A DNA stretch of 44,030 nucleotides. Source: a virus. Its lineage: Duplodnaviria; Caudoviricetes. The position numbers and the translations under genes are program-made. The stretch spans positions 1 through 44,030 of the IMG/VR virus record IMGVR_UViG_3300048579_000395; one strand, written 5' to 3'. Under the pieces are notes generated by a model that worked only from the letters and a program-made list of their open reading frames with translations, was not told the DNA's origin and did no database searches. Of the stretch, positions 22,061 to 30,487 are shown piece by piece; within the stretch, counting starts at the first letter, position 1; each line of letters opens with the position of its first letter.

Positions 22061-23643
22061 TGGAAAGTCCGACGATGAACCTCCTCGACGAGGCCATTTC
22101 GTGGCTGTCGCCGCAAGCCGGCGCCCGCCGTGCCGCCGCGCGGTTGGCTTTGGCCGAATTCAGGCACTACGACGCCGCCACGGTCGGGCGCCGGACCGCC
22201 AATTGGCGGGCCACAAACGCCTCGGCCAACGAGACGACGCGCGGCACGCTCGCGCGCGTGCGGGCGCGGTCCCGCGACCACGTGCGCAACACGTGGTGGG
22301 GTGCGCGCGTCGTGACCGTCTTCAAGGCGCATGCGGTCGGCACCGGGATTACGCCCATCGTTCGAACCGGCAACAAAAAGCTCGACAAGAAAGCCCTGGC
22401 CGCGTGGCGCAAGTGGCGCCGGACGTGCGATGCCGAGGGGCAGCTCAATTTTGACGGGCTTGTCGCGCTGGCGACCGGGTGCATCGTTGAATCCGGTGAA
22501 GTATTGGGACGATTGAAGCCCGTTCGGCAGCGCGATCCCTCGCATGTCCCGATCGAGCTGCAGCTCCTGGAGCCGGATCACCTTGATACGAGCCGCGATG
22601 CACTCCGGCTTGACGGTGCGCCACGCATCGTTGATCAGGGGATCGAGTACGACGCCGAAGGCAAGCGGCTCGCCTACTGGATTTTGCCGGAACACCCCGG
22701 CGCCCGTGGGCTCATGATGCCGGGGGCTTCGATCCGTGTGCCGGCGGATGAGGTCCTGCACGCGTACCGCAAGGATCGTATCGGCCAGGGCCGCGGCGTG
22801 CCGTGGCTCGCGCCTGTCACGTTGAAAGGTCGCGATACCGCCGATCTCGAAGAGGCTGTCGTCATCAAGGGGCGGATCGAGGCCTGTCTCGCCGCCTTCA
22901 TCAAGACCAACAATTCCGGCACCACGCTCGCGAACCGGACGCAAACGGAGCGGACTGCGAACGGCTCGCGGCGGATCGAGACCCTGTCGCCCGGCATGGT
23001 GAAATACCTCGATCAAGGCGAGGACGTCACCACGGTACAGCCCTCCTCGTCGCTGGCTTTCGAATCCATCCTGATGATGCAATGGCTCGCGCTCGCCGCC
23101 GGTTCCGGCATCACCTATGACCAACTGACCGGAGATCTGCGGCGCGCTAACTTCGCCTCCCTGCGTGCCGGCAAGATCGAATTCCGCCGCATCGTCGAGC
23201 AATTCCAGTGGTTGACGCTTGTCGCCATGCTTCTCGATCCGTTGTGGGAAAAGTGGTGCGCCTACGCGCAAGATTTCGGCGTCCTGCCGCGACGTGCCGG
23301 CGGCTACCCGGTGGAATGGATCATGCCGGCCGTGGAGCCGATCGACCCACTCAAGGATATGCAGGCGGATATTGCCGCCGTGCGCTCCGGCCGCATGACC
23401 TATCCGCAGTTCTGCGCCTCCTGGGGGCTCGATCCGGAGGAACAGCTCGACGAGATCGAGACATGGGTGAAGGAACTCGATCGCCGCGGCATCACCTTGG
23501 AAACGGATGCGCGTGTACCACTCAAGGGCGGAGCCGCGGGCCGCGGCGCGGGCCAGGGCAAGGGCCAGGACAAGAGCCAAGACAAGAGCCAAGACACCGG
23601 AGACGAGGACAAGGCCGATGACGAAGCCGATCAAGACGCTTGA
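22060..23643 (+). CDS. Portal protein, lambda family
   Basis: RARSRD..RN, LQLLEPDHL, GQGRGVPW, TGDL..ANFASLRAG, IDPLKD. Confidence 0.95.
   Translation: MESPTMNLLDEAISWLSPQAGARRAAARLALAEFRHYDAATVGRRTANWRATNASANETTRGTLARVRARSRDHVRNTWWGARVVTVFKAHAVGTGITPIVRTGNKKLDKKALAAWRKWRRTCDAEGQLNFDGLVALATGCIVESGEVLGRLKPVRQRDPSHVPIELQLLEPDHLDTSRDALRLDGAPRIVDQGIEYDAEGKRLAYWILPEHPGARGLMMPGASIRVPADEVLHAYRKDRIGQGRGVPWLAPVTLKGRDTADLEEAVVIKGRIEACLAAFIKTNNSGTTLANRTQTERTANGSRRIETLSPGMVKYLDQGEDVTTVQPSSSLAFESILMMQWLALAAGSGITYDQLTGDLRRANFASLRAGKIEFRRIVEQFQWLTLVAMLLDPLWEKWCAYAQDFGVLPRRAGGYPVEWIMPAVEPIDPLKDMQADIAAVRSGRMTYPQFCASWGLDPEEQLDEIETWVKELDRRGITLETDARVPLKGGAAGRGAGQGKGQDKSQDKSQDTGDEDKADDEADQDA
23552..23596 (+). 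repeat. Imperfect 12-bp tandem repeat in the portal tail (GQGK GQDK SQDK SQDT)
   Basis: About four GCCA(G/A)G(G/A)CAAG(G/A) units. Confidence 0.7.
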
Positions 23644-24271
23644 AGTCCCGTCGGCGCTGCCGATGCAGACGCGGCTTGCGCCGGTCACGACGATCGACGC
23701 CGATACGCGCACGATCGAGGTGACCTTTACGACCGGCGCGGCGGTTCGGCGCGTGCGCTGGCTCGGCTGGGACACACGCATTCCGTTCGACGAGGTCTTG
23801 ACCGTCACCGATGCGGCGGTCGATCTGTCGCGGCTCCGCGCCGGCGCGCCCGCGCTCGATAGTCACTCCATGTGGTCGACGGCGGCGCAAGTTGGCGTCG
23901 TCGAGCGGGCGTGGCTCGACAAGGGCGAGGGTCGGGCGGCGATCCGCTTCCCGACGCAAGGCGTCGATCCGCCTTCGGATCGCATGTATGCGCTGGTGAG
24001 CGAAAAGATCATTCGCAACGTCTCGGTCGGCTACACCATCAACGAGGTGCGCGTCGAGGCGCCGCAGAAAGCCGGTGAGATCGAGCGCCGGATCGTCACA
24101 AGGTGGACGCCGTTTGAAATCTCGTTCGTCACCGTGGGGGCCGACGCCGGCGCACAGGTCCGCGCCGCCGATCTTGCGGTCTTCCCGCTGCACATGACGC
24201 GGGCGCCGGTGAGCGGCATCGCGCTGGCTGCCACCCGCATGCGCATGCGCGCCCTCGCGGCCGGCCTCTAG
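23618..24271 (+). CDS. HK97-type prohead protease
   Basis: LDSH, RNVSVGY, WTPFEISFVTVGAD. Confidence 0.9.
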   Translation: MTKPIKTLEVPSALPMQTRLAPVTTIDADTRTIEVTFTTGAAVRRVRWLGWDTRIPFDEVLTVTDAAVDLSRLRAGAPALDSHSMWSTAAQVGVVERAWLDKGEGRAAIRFPTQGVDPPSDRMYALVSEKIIRNVSVGYTINEVRVEAPQKAGEIERRIVTRWTPFEISFVTVGADAGAQVRAADLAVFPLHMTRAPVSGIALAATRMRMRALAAGL

Positions 24272-24475
24272 GGCCGCGATCACAGACCAGCCAAGTATTC
24301 GCGCCTGTCGAAACCTGTCCGGTGAGATCCACCAGGCCGGCGCGAATTCTTGCGAATACAGCCGTGGCAAGTGTTCGGCTTGCCGCGTGAGCCGTCGTTT
24401 CTAGAAATGCCGCCTGCGAATTCCGGAGCCGCAGGAGATCAGGCGCACCGCTCCGGTTCATCGAAAGGCATTGAC

Positions 24476-26143
24476 ATGAAATATGCCAAACTGGCGGCGT
24501 TGACCGTTGCGCTCGCGCTGGTCGCCGTCGCGATCTTGGTTCCGGATGCTCTCTTCGCCGGCGCGCACACGGACGTTCCGTCCGGCGTCGCGCCCGGAGC
24601 GGCCCTGGCGCAATTCGTGCTTGCGGTCGGGCTCGACGGGCTGCGCCAGCAGCGCTCCGCCCTGCAGGCAGAGGCGGCGGCTAAAATGGCCGAGGTCACG
24701 GACGGCATGTCGGCCGACGCGGTGCGGGCGATCGAGGAGGCGCACCGGTCGATCGTCGGCAATATCGCGATCGTCGACACCGCCATTGCGACCGAGGAGC
24801 GGCGGGCCGCGCCGCCTCCGGCGCCCCCGGTGTCGCCGCCGGCGCCGGCCGCCGATCTTGCCGCTGAGCGCACCCGGGTGAGCGAGATCATGGCGCTCGC
24901 CACCCGCCACGCCATGCCGGCCGACTTTGCGACCACGCACGTGACGGCCGGCACCTCGCTCGACACCGTGCGGGGCCTCGTGCTCGACGCCGTTGCCACC
25001 CGCTCGGCGCGGATTTCGCCGCGGGTGACGGTGGTGCAGGATGAGGGCGACACGCTTCGCGACGCCGTCTCGATGGCGATCCTGCATCGCGCCAATCCGG
25101 GCGCCGTCACCATCGAGGGGGACTCGCCCGCCCGCCAGTGGCGCGGTATGCGGCTCCTGGAAATGGGCCGGGCCTTCCATGAGGAGGTTACCGGGGAACG
25201 CCTGCGGGGCTTGTCGCCTCTGGCGTTGGCGACGCGGCTCCTCGGCCTCGAAACCGGCTTGCGTGGCGGCATGTCGACGTCGGATTTCCCGGCGATCCTC
25301 GCCAATGTCGTGGTCAAGCGGCTGCGTAACGCCTACGAGACGGCGCCGAGCAATTGGAAGCGGCTCGCCCGCCAGTCCAACTCGTCGGACTTCAAGGAAA
25401 AGGCGGTCACGCAACTGTCCAACCTGCCGACCTTCGTCAAGGTCAAGGAAGGGGGCGAGTATCAGTATGCGGCCCTCTCCGATGGGCAGGAAAAGTATGC
25501 GCTGGCCACCTATGGCCGCATCGTGCCGATCACGCGCCAGACGCTGATTAATGACGACATGGGCGCGTTCGATCGCTTGCCGACCCTGCTGGGTCGGGCG
25601 GCGGCCGAGACGGAAGCCGGCATCTTCTGGCAGATCGTGGTAGCGAATCCGGCCATGTCCGACGGCGTCGTCATCTTCCACGCCGACCACGGCAATCTCG
25701 CCGCCGCCGGCGCCGCCATCGCGGTGGATTCCCTCGGCGCCGGTCGGGCGGCCATGCGCAAGCAAAAAGGCTTCGCCAAAAAGGGTGCGGATGCCGAGCC
25801 GCTCAATGTGTCGCCCGCCTTCCTGATCGTGTCGCCCGACAAGGAAACACAGGCGCAACAGTTCCTAGCCACGATCGTTCCGGGCGAGGGCGGCAAGGTC
25901 AATCCGTTCGCAAACACTCTCACGCTGATGGCAGAGGCCCGCCTCTCCGGCAATGCTTGGTACCTGTGGGCTGATCCGGCGACGATCGACACCGTCGAAT
26001 ACGCGTATCTCGACGGCGAGGAGGGCCTTTATACGGAGCAACGCATCGGCTTCGAGGTCGACGGCCTGGAGGTCAAGGGGCGCCTCGACTTCGCCGCCAA
26101 GGCGATCGACTGGCGCGGCGTGTACAAGAACCCCGGCGCCTGA
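24476..26143 (+). CDS. Major capsid protein precursor (N-terminal hydrophobic segment, scaffold, capsid domain)
   Basis: GAAAGG RBS; AERTRVSEI scaffold; STSDFPAIL, TYGR, INDD, EYAYLDG, IDWRG. Confidence 0.9.
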   Translation: MKYAKLAALTVALALVAVAILVPDALFAGAHTDVPSGVAPGAALAQFVLAVGLDGLRQQRSALQAEAAAKMAEVTDGMSADAVRAIEEAHRSIVGNIAIVDTAIATEERRAAPPPAPPVSPPAPAADLAAERTRVSEIMALATRHAMPADFATTHVTAGTSLDTVRGLVLDAVATRSARISPRVTVVQDEGDTLRDAVSMAILHRANPGAVTIEGDSPARQWRGMRLLEMGRAFHEEVTGERLRGLSPLALATRLLGLETGLRGGMSTSDFPAILANVVVKRLRNAYETAPSNWKRLARQSNSSDFKEKAVTQLSNLPTFVKVKEGGEYQYAALSDGQEKYALATYGRIVPITRQTLINDDMGAFDRLPTLLGRAAAETEAGIFWQIVVANPAMSDGVVIFHADHGNLAAAGAAIAVDSLGAGRAAMRKQKGFAKKGADAEPLNVSPAFLIVSPDKETQAQQFLATIVPGEGGKVNPFANTLTLMAEARLSGNAWYLWADPATIDTVEYAYLDGEEGLYTEQRIGFEVDGLEVKGRLDFAAKAIDWRGVYKNPGA

Positions 26144-26234
26144 TCGGCGGCGCGATAGGCACAGTGAGGCGGCGGGCGAGCGATCGTCTGCCGTCTCTAA
26201 TTGGGGAAACCGCTTTCAGCAAAGGTCTAACATT

Positions 26235-26567
26235 ATGCAGAACAAGATCAGCAAGGGTGCCGTCCTCACGGTGCCGGCGCCGACCGGCGGCATCGCGTCC
26301 GGTGCCGCTGCGCTCGTCGGAAAGATTTTCGGCGTCGCCATCACGACGGAAATCGAGGGCGCCGACGTGGCCCTCGATACCGAAGGGGTGTACGAACTGC
26401 CGAAGGCGACCGGCGCCGCCTGGGCATTCGGCGACGCCCTGTATTGGGATGCGACGGCGAAGAAACTCACCGTGACCGCATCCGGCAACACCCGCGTCGC
26501 GGTCGCGGTCGCGGTCGCGGCGTCGGGCGATACGGTGGGGCTCGCCAAGATCAACTCCAATATCTGA
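26235..26567 (+). CDS. DUF2190-like capsid cement protein
   Basis: EGVYELPKA, GDALYWD; follows capsid gene. Confidence 0.85.
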   Translation: MQNKISKGAVLTVPAPTGGIASGAAALVGKIFGVAITTEIEGADVALDTEGVYELPKATGAAWAFGDALYWDATAKKLTVTASGNTRVAVAVAVAASGDTVGLAKINSNI

Positions 26568-26582
26568 CGCGGGACCGCGCGC

Positions 26583-26978
26583 ATGTCGTCGCCGTTCCAA
26601 GCCGCATTTGCCGCCGCCGCCGTGACCTGTGACGACGTCATGGCCGAACTGTTTCACTATCGGCCCATGACGCGCGGACGCGAGGTAAATGGGCGGCCGG
26701 CGGCGGATGCGGCACGGGCGGCGACGACTATTCTGGCCATCTATGGCGAGCCATCCGCTCGCGCCGGCAGCGGGCCGGTGCGCACCGTCGGCGTCGAGCC
26801 CGACCGCGGCGCGCACGTGAACGATCGGCCATTCATATCGATCCGGCTGGAGGTGCTGCCCTACGAGCCGTCCGTCGGCGATCATGTGCAGCGCGACGCG
26901 ACCGGGACCGAATTCCGGGTTGCGGAAATCTTGCGCGGCTTCGGCGTTGCGCGGCTCGATCTCAACAGGGTGGCTTGA
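26583..26978 (+). CDS. Head-tail joining protein (gpFII-like)
   Basis: Position; P..GD.V...FRV motif. Confidence 0.65.
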   Translation: MSSPFQAAFAAAAVTCDDVMAELFHYRPMTRGREVNGRPAADAARAATTILAIYGEPSARAGSGPVRTVGVEPDRGAHVNDRPFISIRLEVLPYEPSVGDHVQRDATGTEFRVAEILRGFGVARLDLNRVA

Positions 26979-26981
26979 CCC

Positions 26982-27764
26982 ATGTCTCTTTCGCGCACGG
27001 CGCTGCGCATCGCGACACTCGAAGCCTTGCGGCCGACCGCCGCGCTCGTGTCCGATGCCAATCCCTCCGGCGGCCCGTGGCCGACGCTGGCGCTTGCGCA
27101 TGTCTATGATTCGCGGATCGACGCCGTCGATGATCTCGCCGCCAATGAGCGGCGACCGGTGATCGCGATCTACACCGATGAGGACAACGGCGATCCGGGG
27201 CAAAAGCCCGGCGGGCCGCCCTACAAGCGCGTCGTCGATCTGGTGATCGAGCTGTCCGTCATCGCCCGCGGCGACTTCGGCGGCGAGTATGTCGCCGGCG
27301 TCGCCTATACGGACGCCGAGCTTGAGGCCGATCTCGATCTGATCGAGGCACAGTCGCGCTTTGCACTGCATTACGGCCCGACCGGGGCGATCTGGCGCAA
27401 GCTGACCGGCCGCAAGGTGATTGATATCCGCTCGCTGCCGCATCGCACCAGCGAGGAGGGGGACCGGCTCGCCATGCGCACCCTGCGGATCAAGATGGTG
27501 ATCCCGGACGATTGCTACGACCCGACGCCGACCGGCGACGAGACCGGCTATGCGCGCCTGCCCGAACCGCTGCGCGGCGTGGTCGCCGCCCTCGCCGCTA
27601 CGGCCTATGGCGCCAAACTGGCGCGCGGGCTCGCCGGGGCTGCGCCGGCGATGCCGGCCGCGGTGCCGCTCGATGCCGTCGCGCTCCGGCTCGACGTCGC
27701 CGATCCGCAAGGCCAGCCGGGCGGCGCCGTCGAGGCCGTCGCCGACAACCTGCAAGGGGACTGA
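26982..27764 (+). CDS. Tail completion/terminator-like protein
   Basis: VYDSRI, PVIAIYTD; position before sheath. Confidence 0.6.
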   Translation: MSLSRTALRIATLEALRPTAALVSDANPSGGPWPTLALAHVYDSRIDAVDDLAANERRPVIAIYTDEDNGDPGQKPGGPPYKRVVDLVIELSVIARGDFGGEYVAGVAYTDAELEADLDLIEAQSRFALHYGPTGAIWRKLTGRKVIDIRSLPHRTSEEGDRLAMRTLRIKMVIPDDCYDPTPTGDETGYARLPEPLRGVVAALAATAYGAKLARGLAGAAPAMPAAVPLDAVALRLDVADPQGQPGGAVEAVADNLQGD

Positions 27765-27767
27765 CCC

Positions 27768-28004
27768 ATGCCAAGCCTGTTCATTCGCCCGGCCGTCGAT
27801 CCCTCGACGGGCGAGCGCTATTTCGTGCGCGACCCGGTATCGGGTGCGCCGCTGTCGGCGGACGGCGAGAACAAGCCGGCGTCGACCTTCTGGTTGCGCC
27901 GCCTGCGGGATCGCGACGTCGAGAAATGCAGGCCGAAGCGGCCGCCGACCGGCGCCGCCGGCGAGGCCGCACCGGCGCCGGCGCTGCCGGCCGTCGAGCC
28001 TTGA
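27768..28004 (+). CDS. DUF2635 (Mu gp38-like) protein
   Basis: VRDP...FWLRRLRDRDV immediately before sheath. Confidence 0.85.
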   Translation: MPSLFIRPAVDPSTGERYFVRDPVSGAPLSADGENKPASTFWLRRLRDRDVEKCRPKRPPTGAAGEAAPAPALPAVEP

Positions 28005-28042
28005 AACCCGCGCCTTTCGCGCTCATGAGGAGGTGAACGACA

Positions 28043-29548
28043 ATGTCGGTCGGCTTCAATACGATCCCGAGCAATGTGCTCGTGCCGCTGTTCTATGCGG
28101 AGATCAATTCCGGCGGGACGCCCTACGTCAATTTCCCGCGCCTGCTGCTGGTGGGGCAGAAAGCCGACGCCGGCTCGGCGCCGGCCGGAATGCCGATCGG
28201 CCCGGTGCAATCCGAGGCCGAGGTGATCGCGCTGGCGGGCGCCGGCTCCATGCTGCAATACATGTATCGCATCGGGCGCCGCAACGCCCCGTTTCAGCCG
28301 ATCTGGCTGTTGCCGCTCGCCGATCCGGCCGGCGCCGCGGCGGCGGGCAAGATTTCGCTGGCCGCCAATCCCGGCGTCACCGGCGCCGGGATCGTGCGGA
28401 TCATGGGGCGGCGTGTCGTGATCCAGGTCAACGCCGCCGATACCAAGGCGACGGTGACGGCGGCCCTGGTCGCCGCCATCAACGCCATGGGGCTGCCGGT
28501 GACGGCTGCCGTCAATGGCACCAACACCTATGAATGCGATCTCACGGCCCGCCATGTGGGCGCCGCCGGCAACTCGATCGACGTCAAACTCGTCGTCGAC
28601 GAGGCCAACGCCCTGGTGCCGTCCAACGTGACCATCACGGCCATGGCGGGCGGCTCCGGAAATCCGGACCTCGCGCCTGCCCTCGCCAATCTCGGTGACG
28701 ACGAATACGACTGGATGGCTGGTCCCTATGTGGATGCCACATCGCTCAATGCGGTGCGGGATTTCCTCGACGGCTCGTCCGGCCGCTGGTCGCCGACGAA
28801 ACAGCTTTACGGCCACTACGTGACGGCGAATTTCGGTACCCTGTCGGGCAATGTCACGCTCGGCAATGGCCGTAACGATCCCCACGTCTCGATCATGGCG
28901 AGCCAAGCCTCGCCGACGCCGGTGTGGGAATGGGCGGCGGCGCTCGCCGCACAGGCCTGCGCCCACCTCGGCAATGCGCCGGAGCTATCGCGCCCGCTGC
29001 AGACCCTCGTCCTCGACGGCGTGTTGCCGCCCGACGATCGCTCTAAGTGGTGGGATATCGACGACCGCCAGGCGCTCTATGCCGACGGCATGTCCGGCTA
29101 CAAGGTGACGGTCGACGGCGCGGCGATGATCGACCGCGTCACCACGACCTATCAACAGACGAACGCCGGCGCGCCCGACGCCACCTTCCGGGACGTCGAG
29201 ACTATGGCGCAACTGATGTATGTGACGCGCTATTTCCGCTCGGCGATCCTCAATCGGCACGCCCGCCAGGCGCTCGCCGATGACAACCCGTTCAACGTCT
29301 CCAATGTGGCGACGCCGAAGTCGATCAAGGCCACCTTGATCCACGCCTATAACGACCTCGTCGCCCTCGGCGTCGCGGAGAAACAGGACCTGTTCGCCGA
29401 ATATGTGGTCGTCGAGCGCGATCAACTCGACGCCAACCGAGTCAACGCGGCGCTGCCCATCGACGTCGTCAATCAGTTGCGCGTGTTCGCGGCGAACATC
29501 ACCGCGTATCTGCAGTACAACACGCCGAGCGGCGCCGTCGCGGTCTGA
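28043..29548 (+). CDS. Tail sheath protein (Mu gpL-like)
   Basis: IPSN..VPLFYAE, PELSRPLQTL, IDRVTTTYQ, VNQLRVFA. Confidence 0.95.
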   Translation: MSVGFNTIPSNVLVPLFYAEINSGGTPYVNFPRLLLVGQKADAGSAPAGMPIGPVQSEAEVIALAGAGSMLQYMYRIGRRNAPFQPIWLLPLADPAGAAAAGKISLAANPGVTGAGIVRIMGRRVVIQVNAADTKATVTAALVAAINAMGLPVTAAVNGTNTYECDLTARHVGAAGNSIDVKLVVDEANALVPSNVTITAMAGGSGNPDLAPALANLGDDEYDWMAGPYVDATSLNAVRDFLDGSSGRWSPTKQLYGHYVTANFGTLSGNVTLGNGRNDPHVSIMASQASPTPVWEWAAALAAQACAHLGNAPELSRPLQTLVLDGVLPPDDRSKWWDIDDRQALYADGMSGYKVTVDGAAMIDRVTTTYQQTNAGAPDATFRDVETMAQLMYVTRYFRSAILNRHARQALADDNPFNVSNVATPKSIKATLIHAYNDLVALGVAEKQDLFAEYVVVERDQLDANRVNAALPIDVVNQLRVFAANITAYLQYNTPSGAVAV

Positions 29549-29616
29549 GGCTGCACGCGGTGCCGGTGTTCTCCGGCGCCGTCTCCCGTCAACCCATCAA
29601 CTGAAAGGGCCATCCG

Positions 29617-29997
29617 ATGGCGGATGATTGCTGTAATTCATTCGGCGGTCGTGTCTCGATCGCAATCGACGGCGCGCGCTACACGCCGAGCGAGGCCGAT
29701 ATCACAATCCAGCCGGCCAATCGCGAGGTCACCGCGCAAGCAAATCAGGACGGCTCGGCCGCCTTCATGTCCAAGCCGCGTCTGCCGAGTGCCGATATCA
29801 AGTTCCGGCACGGCTGCGGCATCGTGTGGAACGATCTTCTCCTTAAGTGCAAGCTCGATGTGACGATCGAGGAAGAGGACAACGGCCGCACCCACATGTA
29901 CACGGCCGCGCGCCTCACCGGCACGCCGGAGATCAACCTCTCCAACGGCGAGGTCACCGGCATGAAGATCGAGGGCGCCAACTACAAGGCCTTGTAG
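29617..29997 (+). CDS. Tail tube protein (Mu gpM-like)
   Basis: Follows sheath; 126 aa; NGRT...GE. Confidence 0.85.
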   Translation: MADDCCNSFGGRVSIAIDGARYTPSEADITIQPANREVTAQANQDGSAAFMSKPRLPSADIKFRHGCGIVWNDLLLKCKLDVTIEEEDNGRTHMYTAARLTGTPEINLSNGEVTGMKIEGANYKAL

Positions 29998-30017
29998 GCC
30001 AGAGGGGTGGAAAGATC

Positions 30018-30350
30018 ATGGCACGTCAAACACGCGTCCCGCTTCAAGAGCCGATCGATGGCCACGGCGGCAAGGTCACCGCCGTGGTGGTGCGCGAGCC
30101 GACCGCCGCCGAGTACTTCGCCATCGGGGAGCCGCAGGTGACCGCCCGCAATCCGGACGGCACGATCTATTCGATCGAGAACGACGCCTCGATTGACGCC
30201 TATATGGATCGCTGCATCGTCGAGCCGGACCCGCTCCTGGCGAAAAAGCAAATGGGGCTCGCCGACGGCATCGCGGTCAAGGCGGCGCTGCTCGGTTTTT
30301 TCCTCGCGGCGCGGGGCGGCGCGCCGAAAAAGACGGCGAAGGCTGGCTGA
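30018..30350 (+). CDS. Tail assembly chaperone; -1 frameshift extension to 30481
   Basis: L..PI...VVREPT...GFF; slippery T TTT TTC at 30296-30302. Confidence 0.85.
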   Translation: MARQTRVPLQEPIDGHGGKVTAVVVREPTAAEYFAIGEPQVTARNPDGTIYSIENDASIDAYMDRCIVEPDPLLAKKQMGLADGIAVKAALLGFFLAARGGAPKKTAKAG

Positions 30351-30487
30351 CCTCGCTCTGCGACCTCCTGGTGTTCGTGCTGCGCATCGTCGACGCCGAG
30401 GCGTGCGGACGTATGCCGCTGTCGGAAATTGAGTGGTGGGCCGTCCGGGCTCACAAGCTCGGCCTTCTCAAACGGAAATGATCGCCC

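Noticed and set aside
26498-26520. (CGCGGT)n microsatellite
   Set aside because: In-frame VAVAVAVA codon repeat; no evidence of phase variation.
14536-27755. Long minus-strand ORFs (e.g. 14536-16209, 21940-23808, 26073-27755)
   Set aside because: Antisense shadows of well-supported genes in high-GC DNA; no recognisable motifs.
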